This document shows, piece after piece, positions 15,595 to 23,763 of a stretch of 25,957 nucleotides of DNA (position 1 is its first letter; every line of letters starts with the position of its first letter). The stretch is taken from the NCBI GenBank assembly GCA_019057375.1, contig DXJF01000152.1, positions 1 through 25,957 on the forward strand, written 5' to 3'. This DNA comes from Candidatus Heimdallarchaeota archaeon (lineage in GTDB: Archaea; Asgardarchaeota; Heimdallarchaeia; Heimdallarchaeales; Heimdallarchaeaceae). A program made the position numbers and the translations under genes. Under the pieces are notes generated by a model. It was not told where the DNA came from, made no database searches, and saw only the letters and a list, made by a program, of their open reading frames with translations.

Positions 15595-16560
15595 ATGGTT
15601 TATCTTACCGAAGAAATTTTCTTGATAGAAAGTAAAAGTCAGACCAGTTATACTAGGGGAATTGGAGCACCAAATACCATTTTTATGAAAGGAGATTCAG
15701 ATACCTTGGTAATAGATCCTGGAGTCTGGACTTATCAGTATAAGAAATTGAAGAAACTTTCAAGGAAAAAAATAATAGATATTCCTAGTGTTAAGAAGGT
15801 GGGTTTAACCCATCATCATTGGGATCACTCTAACCTCTCAGCATTTTTTCAAAAGAAGAATAATGCAGAAGTTTATGCTCATGAGCTTGCTAAAGCATCT
15901 CTTGAAGACAAGAAAAAAGTGTTTGAATACTTCTTTTATGGATATGAAATTCTGCAAAAAGAAATGATGAATTATCCTCTAACTGGAGCAAAATTAGTTC
16001 TTTATTTCATGTGGGGTAAATTTGAAAATGTGCTGGTCAATCACACTTTAACAGAAGGGAAAAAACTTGATTTTGATATCCCCATAGAAATCATCGAGCT
16101 ACCCAGTCACACACCTTGTTGTATTGGATTCTATTTTCCAAAGGATAAAATTTTGGCTACTGGTGACCTTATGGATTTAGAAACTGGAGTCGGTATGGAC
16201 ATGAATAATCCCTTATCTGACTATGATAACGCTCTAAAATCCGCAAAAAAATTGCTTACTTATGATATAGATATTCTTATTCCAGGTCATGGTCAGATAG
16301 TGGAGGGGAAGAATAACATACATAAATTAATTTCTGACAGAATTAAGAATTCTGAGGAAATAAGAAAAAATATTGTAGATTTGCTAGAAACTAAGGAATA
16401 CTCCTTAAGAAAACTAATCGAAAATCTATTTGGAACAAGAAGTACAATTAATTATCTTCTTAACAAGCATTTAATCTACTGCTATTTGATCAATATTTAT
16501 AAGAAAGAGGGAATAGAACTAAGGGAGAAGAGAAGGAAAACCTTCATGAAAATGAACTAA
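15595..16560 (+). CDS. MBL-fold metallo-hydrolase (glyoxalase II-like) with a C-terminal extension
   Basis: VIDPG, THHHWDH, PSHTP, TGDL and PGHG metal-ligand motifs. Confidence 0.9.
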   Translation: MVYLTEEIFLIESKSQTSYTRGIGAPNTIFMKGDSDTLVIDPGVWTYQYKKLKKLSRKKIIDIPSVKKVGLTHHHWDHSNLSAFFQKKNNAEVYAHELAKASLEDKKKVFEYFFYGYEILQKEMMNYPLTGAKLVLYFMWGKFENVLVNHTLTEGKKLDFDIPIEIIELPSHTPCCIGFYFPKDKILATGDLMDLETGVGMDMNNPLSDYDNALKSAKKLLTYDIDILIPGHGQIVEGKNNIHKLISDRIKNSEEIRKNIVDLLETKEYSLRKLIENLFGTRSTINYLLNKHLIYCYLINIYKKEGIELREKRRKTFMKMN

Positions 16561-16637
16561 CCTTGAAATTTTAGATATCAAGGGGAAAAAATAAAAAGGG
16601 AGCGTTGACATGACCATTGAGAATGAGAGGTGCCAAA

Positions 16638-17873
16638 ATGGTAAAAAGAAATCCAACAAAATTTTTGAAAGAAGAATACAAACAAATCCAAAAAGAAGGT
16701 CGTGAATGGGTACACAGATCATTGGAAACCCCTTCAGAGACTCAAGTTAAAGTAGATGGTAAAGAATTATTGATGCTATGTTCAAATAATTACTTAAATC
16801 TAGCAAATCATCCACATTTAAGGAAAAGAGCTATAGAAGCAGTTGAGAAATATGGGGCTGGTTCTGGTTCAGTTAGAGCAATAGCTGGAAATATGGCAAT
16901 TCATGAAGAATGGGAGCGAAAACATGCTGATTTCAAAGAGCAAGAAGCTTCAATGGTATGGATGAGTGGATTCATAGCAAATGAAGGTGCAATACCAACA
17001 CTTGTGAGGAAAGGAGATTTCATTATTTCTGACCAATTAAATCATGGTTCAATTATTGATGGAGTGCGTTTAACTAAAACAGTTAGAACAATTTACGATC
17101 ATTGTGATATGGGCAGATTAGAAGAGAGACTAAAAGAAGCAGATGCAGCAGATCCCAATGGAGAAAAGAGAATTTTAGTTATCACAGATGGTGTGTTTTC
17201 AATGGATGGAGACATGGCACCATTAGATGAAATACAGAAACTAAGTGAAGAATATGGAGCTTTGATATTCGTTGATGACGCGCACGGAGACGGCGTTTTA
17301 GGTCGAAATAAGAAGGGTAAAGGTATTGTTGATCATTTTGGTTTACAAGGTGAAGTTCAAGTTGAAATGAACACTTATTCTAAGGCCATGGGCGTTGTTG
17401 GAGGAGCTATCGTTGGTTCTCAAGACTTAGTCAATTTCCTTCGAAACACTGGTCGTTCTTATCTTCTTAGTGGTTCTCAACCTCCTGCGGTTGCTGGTGC
17501 AGCTCTTGGTTCATTAGAACTTCTAGATCCTAAGTCTGAATATCATATTCCAGTAGTAGAAAGACTTCTAGACAACTGTAGTTATTTTAAGAGCAAAATC
17601 GTTGATATGGGTTACGAACATGAAATAACAGCTGCTTCAGCAAAATGTCCAACAGCTATTGTTCCAATAATCTGTGGAGAAAACGAGGTTGCTAAAAATC
17701 TAAGCGACAGACTCATGGAAGAAGGTATATTTGCTTTACCAATAGTCTTTCCAATGGTTCCAAGAGGAACAGCTAGAATTCGTGTCATGATGAACGCTGG
17801 CCTAACTAAAGACGATTTAGACTTTGCTTTAATGAAATTTGAAGATTTAGGAAGAGAATTGAAAATATTCTAA
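16638..17873 (+). CDS. kbl: Glycine C-acetyltransferase (2-amino-3-ketobutyrate CoA ligase), alpha-oxoamine synthase family
   Basis: CSNNYLNLANHP, GAGSGSVRAIAG, NHGSIIDG, DGVFSMDG, DDAHG, PLP lysine in TYSKA, RIRVMM. GAGGTG RBS before ATG 16638. Confidence 0.85.
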   Translation: MVKRNPTKFLKEEYKQIQKEGREWVHRSLETPSETQVKVDGKELLMLCSNNYLNLANHPHLRKRAIEAVEKYGAGSGSVRAIAGNMAIHEEWERKHADFKEQEASMVWMSGFIANEGAIPTLVRKGDFIISDQLNHGSIIDGVRLTKTVRTIYDHCDMGRLEERLKEADAADPNGEKRILVITDGVFSMDGDMAPLDEIQKLSEEYGALIFVDDAHGDGVLGRNKKGKGIVDHFGLQGEVQVEMNTYSKAMGVVGGAIVGSQDLVNFLRNTGRSYLLSGSQPPAVAGAALGSLELLDPKSEYHIPVVERLLDNCSYFKSKIVDMGYEHEITAASAKCPTAIVPIICGENEVAKNLSDRLMEEGIFALPIVFPMVPRGTARIRVMMNAGLTKDDLDFALMKFEDLGRELKIF

Positions 17874-17877
17874 CACT

Positions 17878-17925
17878 TATCTCTTTATTCATTTTTCTTA
17901 TCTTTTTTTATTTACTTTTTTCCTC
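17878..17925 (+). terminator. Pyrimidine/oligo-T tract (archaeal-type terminator) after kbl
   Basis: Several T5-T7 runs immediately downstream of the stop codon. Confidence 0.5.
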
Positions 17926-17993
17926 ATATCTAATTCACAATTTTTAAAAACATCCTATTTCATTCATTTTGTGGTTTAAAGAAGGTCTTTATT

Positions 17994-18554
17994 TTGACAG
18001 AAGAGAAAGTAGGATTTTTCTCTACGGAAAGAGGAAAAAGGTTCATTAAATTCGCAATCATAGGAACTATTGGCTGGGGATTGAACTTTCTTCTGTTATA
18101 TCTCTTTGATATTCTATTGGGAATTACTTTTTTGAAGGATATAGACATATCAATATGGGTATTTGCCATTAATCAAGGTGTTGTAGCATCTCTGCTTTCC
18201 ATGGCTATTGTTTTTGTTTTTACTTTCGTTATGAACAAAATTTGGACTTTTAAAGATCAAGGCAAAGAATTCCAACCAAATACTCTCTTTCAGTTTTTTC
18301 AATTCACCTTAATTGGGTTTGTAGGATATACGATTTATACAGGAATTATGATGGGTCTTCATGGGTCCTTGCTCTGGAATAAGTACTTGGTGATGACAAT
18401 TGCATTTTATGCTGGTTTAATCAGCAATTTTATCTGGAATGACCTGTGGACTTTCAATCCTAAATTTATAGAAAAGAGAATTAAAAGAAGAGAAGAGAGA
18501 ATAAAAAAGAAGGAAAAACAAAAACAAAAAGAATCAGGAATTGAATCAGATTAA
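17994..18554 (+). CDS. GtrA family membrane protein
   Basis: RFIKFAIIG..G..LN, NKIWTF, QFFQF..IG..G and NFIWNDLWTF repeats; TTG start; lysine-rich tail. Confidence 0.88.
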   Translation: MTEEKVGFFSTERGKRFIKFAIIGTIGWGLNFLLLYLFDILLGITFLKDIDISIWVFAINQGVVASLLSMAIVFVFTFVMNKIWTFKDQGKEFQPNTLFQFFQFTLIGFVGYTIYTGIMMGLHGSLLWNKYLVMTIAFYAGLISNFIWNDLWTFNPKFIEKRIKRREERIKKKEKQKQKESGIESD

Positions 18555-18648
18555 TTTTTAATGAGAATCATGCTTTATTTTCTTCTTTGTGCTTTCTTAC
18601 TAGTTTTGTTATTCCATTTGTTAGCATCAGAAAACAAAATTGGGATAT

Positions 18649-19620
18649 TCAAAATGGAAATGTATTCGTATAGAGAGTTTCTTCTACATTTCTATTATAA
18701 TCCCTCTCTCTAGGAACTATTAGGTTTAAAGCATCTTGAACATATTCAACAGATATTTTTAATCCTTTTTGGTTAAAAACTTCCCCTTCTGCTTCCCAAG
18801 CTAAAGATCTTTCTGATGCAACTTCAATCTTTTTTCCTCTTGTCAACCAAACGCCATCCATTTCAGTATGCTTGCCTGAAGAAGTTTTAAGAACCAGACT
18901 TATCCTTTTTAATCTTTTCAAACCTCTTGCAATAACTATTCCAATGTCCTTGTTTTTTCTGGAAAAATAAGCATTTCCAGGAAGCATTCTGAAACCAGCT
19001 ATTGAATCACTAAAAGCAAAAACAGAAGCTGAAAGATCATCAATTACTAAGGGATCGTTATCATCTATTTTCACTGTCACTGGTGCATTCTTGAATTTGA
19101 TGACATGTTTAAGAGCTAGATAAGTATATTTGAGAAATCCATTCTTTATCCACTTAGCTTCTGTTAAGGAAGCAATTCCTGCATCTGCTACAAATCCTCC
19201 ATCGATGTGGTCAAATGAATGAGATTCTCTATCCCCTTTACATTTCATTGCAGGGAAATTCTCACTATATCCTTCTGTGATAACATCTAGGCTTTCTTCA
19301 ATCTTAGTTGGGATTGAATGTGTTCTCCCCCAATCATTCATCGATCCTGCGGGAATATAACCTAGTTTTGTGTCAGGATAGCTAACTAAAACATCCCCTA
19401 TATTAGTTGCTGTTCCATCTCCGCCTAGAGAGAGTATTGTCTTGTAACCTTCCTCTACAGCTTTTTCAGTTATTATAGCTTCTTCCCTTGGTTTTGTTGT
19501 GAGCTGATGATCTATTTCTCCCAAATATTCTCTGATAATTTTGAGATATTTTTTTATCCTCTTACCTGTCTTACCAGATCTAGAATTAGGATTTATGATG
19601 AGAAACGAATCTGAACTCAC
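18649..19620 (-). CDS. Diacylglycerol/sphingosine kinase family (YegS/DgkB-like) lipid kinase
   Basis: IINPNSRSG, LGGDGT, IPAGSMND and AEGE motifs. GTG 19620 is the preferred start because the upstream part of the 19689 ORF overlaps the divergent gene. Confidence 0.88.
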   Translation of the reverse strand: MSSDSFLIINPNSRSGKTGKRIKKYLKIIREYLGEIDHQLTTKPREEAIITEKAVEEGYKTILSLGGDGTATNIGDVLVSYPDTKLGYIPAGSMNDWGRTHSIPTKIEESLDVITEGYSENFPAMKCKGDRESHSFDHIDGGFVADAGIASLTEAKWIKNGFLKYTYLALKHVIKFKNAPVTVKIDDNDPLVIDDLSASVFAFSDSIAGFRMLPGNAYFSRKNKDIGIVIARGLKRLKRISLVLKTSSGKHTEMDGVWLTRGKKIEVASERSLAWEAEGEVFNQKGLKISVEYVQDALNLIVPRERDYNRNVEETLYTNTFPF

Positions 19621-19722
19621 AAGAAGATATAGGAAATAGAATATAAAAAAGTGTTCGAGAAAACTAAATTCTACTTCAAACTGATACATTTATTAATGCC
19701 AAAGTATACTAAAATATTTGAT

Positions 19723-21090
19723 ATGAGGGAAACATCTACAAGGATCAAACTTATTTCTTTAATTGTGGTTATATTGATTAGTTCTTTTTATGTAATACAT
19801 TCAGTTTCTTCAAAACAGATTACAGTTAATGCAGAAACAATCCTGCAAATTGAAACATTCAACTTTGATTCTTTAGTTTCGAGTGGACCTATTCTTATTA
19901 GTTCAGATGATAATTTTTCAGATTATGGCTTTTCTGGATTAGGAACTCCTGAAGAACCATATTTAATTGAAAATCTGGATATTAATACATCTTCAGAAGT
20001 AGGGATTTCCATAAATTCAACGTCAAGAAGTTTCATAATAAGAAATTGCATGATTGATGCTGAAAAAATTGGTATTAGGATACTCCGTATTGTTCAAGGT
20101 ACAGCTCAAATAGTCAATAATATAGTCAAAAATAACAACTTTACAGGAATATTTCTTCATGATTATTATCCGAGAGTTCCTGCTCCTGAAAATATGACAG
20201 GGGAGGAACCTTTACTTGATGAAAAATACGTAGCAAAAATATCAGCAAATGTAGTTTCAAATAACTCTTATGGTATTCATATATCTATTGGAATTGTTTG
20301 CAATAATTCTGCTGTTCTGATAGAGAAAAATACTTTTGAATTCAATCAACACCGAGCAATTGAGCTTATGGCTTCAGGGAGCGTAATTAAAGAGAATCAA
20401 ATCAATTTTAATGCTGTAGGTATGCATCTACTTGGTTCAAACCTTACAATTTCAAACAATATCTGTAGTAACAATGATTTTGGAATGATCATTAGTGCTG
20501 ACTTTAGTGAGATTTCAAACAATTACTGTGCAAATAATAAAATAGGTATTGGAATTAACAGTTATCATTCCATCTTTAGTAACAACACCTGTACTAAAAA
20601 CTCTTTGTATGGATTTGAGATATATAAGGCTTCATCTTACATAAACATCACATATAACGAAATAAGCGAGAATCTGTATGGAATCAAAGCTATAGGATAT
20701 TTTGTAACATATAATTACAATATTTTCGAGAGGAATACACTATATGCAATATTGCTCAATTTAACTATAATTTTCGAAACACAGGAATATCATGCTTACA
20801 AACACATTATACATCATAATGATTTCATAAAAAACAACAAAAATGGGAAGAGTCAAGCTTTTGATGAAGGATTTAACACAACTTGGTATGATAAAACAAC
20901 ACTCGAAGGAAATTATTGGGATGATCTGAGGAGGAGGGCTGAGTATCCTTTAGATGGTCCATTCAATACAATTGACCCTTATCCTCTCAAAAATCCAGTT
21001 GTTTATGTCAAAACAAGTTTTTCGACTTTCTGGATTCTATTGGTTGCTTTAGTAATTCCTATTTTCATTAGAAGAAAATTAAAAAACTAA
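19723..21090 (+). CDS. Secreted/surface right-handed parallel beta-helix (NosD/CASH-type) protein with a C-terminal membrane anchor
   Basis: N-terminal hydrophobic signal, GTPEEPYLIENL, many I.NN...N..GI repeats, GNYWDD, DPYPL, then a TM segment and RRKLKN. The start could be 19696 or 19723. Confidence 0.88.
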   Translation: MRETSTRIKLISLIVVILISSFYVIHSVSSKQITVNAETILQIETFNFDSLVSSGPILISSDDNFSDYGFSGLGTPEEPYLIENLDINTSSEVGISINSTSRSFIIRNCMIDAEKIGIRILRIVQGTAQIVNNIVKNNNFTGIFLHDYYPRVPAPENMTGEEPLLDEKYVAKISANVVSNNSYGIHISIGIVCNNSAVLIEKNTFEFNQHRAIELMASGSVIKENQINFNAVGMHLLGSNLTISNNICSNNDFGMIISADFSEISNNYCANNKIGIGINSYHSIFSNNTCTKNSLYGFEIYKASSYINITYNEISENLYGIKAIGYFVTYNYNIFERNTLYAILLNLTIIFETQEYHAYKHIIHHNDFIKNNKNGKSQAFDEGFNTTWYDKTTLEGNYWDDLRRRAEYPLDGPFNTIDPYPLKNPVVYVKTSFSTFWILLVALVIPIFIRRKLKN

Positions 21091-21101
21091 CATTATCCTT
21101 T

Positions 21102-22070
21102 TTATTTTTCATATAATTTTCTTAGAACTGTATTCGGATTTCTTGGTGAAAATCTAAGTAGGGGATATTCTTTAGCTGGATATCTTGCCCAAAGAAATTT
21201 AATCTCACTATTAGAAAGATCTCGATTTACAAACCTAATAAGAGTTCTTGAGTCAATTTCAATATTTTCATCTTCAATTACTGAGGACAGCATTGCAGTG
21301 TTTTTTATATCAATCTCAAGAACTTCCCAGTGTTTGTTTTTTGTTTCACAAAATTGAACTTTGTGGAAATCATCCTCTATATCTATCAAAAGATACCCTT
21401 TAGGTTCTGTAATTTCCATAAAACTTGTCCTTTCAATTGAACCTGTATAATATACTCTACCATTCTGAAGCTCTTGGGATCTATGTATATGGCCAGAAAT
21501 TACTAGGAGAACATTTTCTGGTAGTTTCTCTGTTTCAAGTGTATCTATTCTTTTTGTAAAAATATGATTATGGGGTCCAAAACAAGCTCCATCAAAGAGT
21601 TGATGACATAGAACAACAATCTTTTGCGCTGGATTCTCTTTCGCTATTTTAGCTACTTTTTCAAATATGGTTCTTGGTGAATTACCCTCAAAAGGAAATG
21701 AGAGAATAGCTACTTCTGATAAACCTAATAGTTTTAGTTTGTTCATAAAATAAATATTAGTATTAAAATGACTTATCAAGGATTCAGGAAGAACTGACTT
21801 ATCGTGATTTCCAGGTATAGCAACTAAAGGAATATCATTTTCTGCGAATTTTTGAATTATATCATATGCCTTTTTTATTACTGCTTTTTTTGGTGAAGAA
21901 CGATTAAACATATCTCCACCATGCAACACCAAATCTGCTTTCTTCGAAACTGCTTCATTCAAAACATTTTCGAAAGCTAGATTCATTCTTTCAATTGATT
22001 CCTTTTTTGTTACAGCTATTCTACCATATTCAAATCCAAAATGAGTATCAGCAGTAGCAACAATTCTCAT
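21102..22070 (-). CDS. Mre11/SbcD-like metallophosphoesterase nuclease
   Basis: ADTHFG, GGDMFN, PGNHD, CHQ, GHIH and YTGSIERTSF.E..KGY motifs. Confidence 0.9.
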   Translation of the reverse strand: MRIVATADTHFGFEYGRIAVTKKESIERMNLAFENVLNEAVSKKADLVLHGGDMFNRSSPKKAVIKKAYDIIQKFAENDIPLVAIPGNHDKSVLPESLISHFNTNIYFMNKLKLLGLSEVAILSFPFEGNSPRTIFEKVAKIAKENPAQKIVVLCHQLFDGACFGPHNHIFTKRIDTLETEKLPENVLLVISGHIHRSQELQNGRVYYTGSIERTSFMEITEPKGYLLIDIEDDFHKVQFCETKNKHWEVLEIDIKNTAMLSSVIEDENIEIDSRTLIRFVNRDLSNSEIKFLWARYPAKEYPLLRFSPRNPNTVLRKLYEK

Positions 22071-22249
22071 GCAATTTCACAAACAGAATTCAGTATAAAA
22101 ATGTAAAAAAATCATCTTCTACAATTTCAAAGATTTAGAAAGAAGCTTCCATTTTTCTCGAACTTCCTCTATTCTAATTTCCTCAAACATAGTCTATTTA
22201 AAGAAAGATTCCAATATTATATTAGGTAAATTTATGGGGGTTCATAAAT

Positions 22250-23746
22250 TTGAGAAAAACAAGAATTATAGGTCTATTATTCATTTTTGGTTTAACCATC
22301 ATGAGTAGTAGCCTTCTGAACACAACAGCAGGAGATACAATTCCTGCAACTATTGCCGTAATAGCTGCGCAAGATGATGGTATAATAATTGATGGAATCT
22401 TTACAGATTGGGCTAATCCAGTTCTTAGTTCTATGGATATCCTTGAATTTGGAAATCCATCTAATTATATTACAGTAGATTTCAAATTTGCATATAATGA
22501 TACTTTCCTATTCTTCTATGCATATATTCCTGCTTCTATGGGGCATGTTAAGGCTATGGATGTACACTTCTTTGGAAGATCGGATCAGAATGATGGAGTT
22601 CATATGAATGCTTATTCTCCAGAATATCTTGATTTAGCTTTTCCAGATGAAAGCGAAACAGCAACAGTTCCTCTACCTGATGAAGATTATTTTGGTACCA
22701 ACGATATAATTGCAGCATCAATTTATGCAAGCGATAGTGGTTCTTATTTCGAATTTGCCAAAGAAATTCGCTCTGGAGATGTAGCTGGAAAGGATATTCA
22801 CCTAGAATATGGAAATTCTATAGCTGTTGAATTTACCGCGTGGATTAATGTCTTTCCCGTTGATGGAGGTCCCAATTATGGTACAATCACAGAAACAGAA
22901 TTCAGATACATTCGATTGAGTGTAGGCTATAATGACGGAGACGAACTTTTAATTGGTACACCAGATGTTAGTAATCAATACCTTTGGGTAGAAGGTGAAG
23001 AATTCCAAGCACCATATTTGGATGGAGTTGTTACTTTCGATGGAATTGCTGATGAAGCAGTCTGGTCAGATGCTACATTATATAACGTTACTTTATCCTA
23101 TCAGAATTTCACTGATGGATCGTGGGACCCATTAAATACAATTACAGGTGAAATGAAACTTTTCCATGATGGAACTAATCTGTACATAGCCTTCAAAATC
23201 TATGATATATTATCTACTACTCATGATTTTCTAGCATTTATATTAGGAAAATCAGTTGATATGCTTAACTACACAGATGGTACTGATTTTGTTATGATCA
23301 ATGAACACGGCTATTCTGATGGTTTCCTTCCTGGAGATTATTCTGAACCTACTCCTGATGTTGATGTAGGTGGATCAAACGATGGTCAAGCAAATGAGAC
23401 ATATGCATCGTACTATCATCACGTTGAATTAGCAAAACCCTTAGTTACTGGAGATGCGATTGGAAGAGATTGGGATTTTTCAGTTGGAGATTATGTATAT
23501 ATTTCTACAATAATATCTGATGACTCTAATCTAGGACCAAACTACTTTGAACTAAAAGATGTAGATGGAAAAAGACACTTTGTGGTCCATGCTATCAAGT
23601 TATTAGCTCAAGGTGAAGAACCAACACAACAAGAAACTACTGGAAACACATTCACTTTAGGTTTTGGTATATCTGACTTATTAATTGTTGTTTTGGCAGT
23701 TACACCAATAATCGCGGTAATTTACAGAAAGAAATTCAAAAAATAA
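22250..23746 (+). CDS. Secreted/surface protein with tandem DOMON/CBM9-like domains and a C-terminal anchor
   Basis: Signal peptide; IDG...DW and FDG..DE..W..A...HDG.NLYIAF.I.D repeats; FEFAKEI and VELAKPL..GD..G.D; TM segment plus RKKFKK. Confidence 0.75.
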   Translation: MRKTRIIGLLFIFGLTIMSSSLLNTTAGDTIPATIAVIAAQDDGIIIDGIFTDWANPVLSSMDILEFGNPSNYITVDFKFAYNDTFLFFYAYIPASMGHVKAMDVHFFGRSDQNDGVHMNAYSPEYLDLAFPDESETATVPLPDEDYFGTNDIIAASIYASDSGSYFEFAKEIRSGDVAGKDIHLEYGNSIAVEFTAWINVFPVDGGPNYGTITETEFRYIRLSVGYNDGDELLIGTPDVSNQYLWVEGEEFQAPYLDGVVTFDGIADEAVWSDATLYNVTLSYQNFTDGSWDPLNTITGEMKLFHDGTNLYIAFKIYDILSTTHDFLAFILGKSVDMLNYTDGTDFVMINEHGYSDGFLPGDYSEPTPDVDVGGSNDGQANETYASYYHHVELAKPLVTGDAIGRDWDFSVGDYVYISTIISDDSNLGPNYFELKDVDGKRHFVVHAIKLLAQGEEPTQQETTGNTFTLGFGISDLLIVVLAVTPIIAVIYRKKFKK

Positions 23747-23763
23747 ATTTTCTTTTTCTTTTT

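Noticed and set aside
16561-16583. Hairpin CCTTGA-N11-TCAAGG after the MBL gene
   Set aside because: Only a 6-bp stem, followed by an A-run rather than a T-run on the sense strand; cannot be distinguished from chance or assigned a function.
16519-18169. ORFs 16519-16722 (-) and 17960-18169 (-)
   Set aside because: Antisense overlaps with the MBL/kbl and gtrA genes.
18561-18713. 50-codon hydrophobic + strand ORF (MRIMLYFLLC...)
   Set aside because: It overlaps the 3' end of the kinase gene, and the hydrophobicity is explained by the T-rich terminator region.
16638-19620. Sphingolipid pathway (serine palmitoyltransferase + sphingosine kinase + flippase)
   Set aside because: The oxoamine synthase has Kbl-like motifs (GAGSGSVRAIAG, RIRVMM) rather than SPT-like ones, a T-rich terminator separates it from gtrA, and the kinase is on the opposite strand. 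Only a phylogeny or assay could revive the idea.
22119-22190. 23-codon minus-strand ORF (MFEEIRIEEVREKWKLLSKSLKL) upstream of the nuclease
   Set aside because: It looks protein-like but is too short to support without homology or expression data; could be a remnant.
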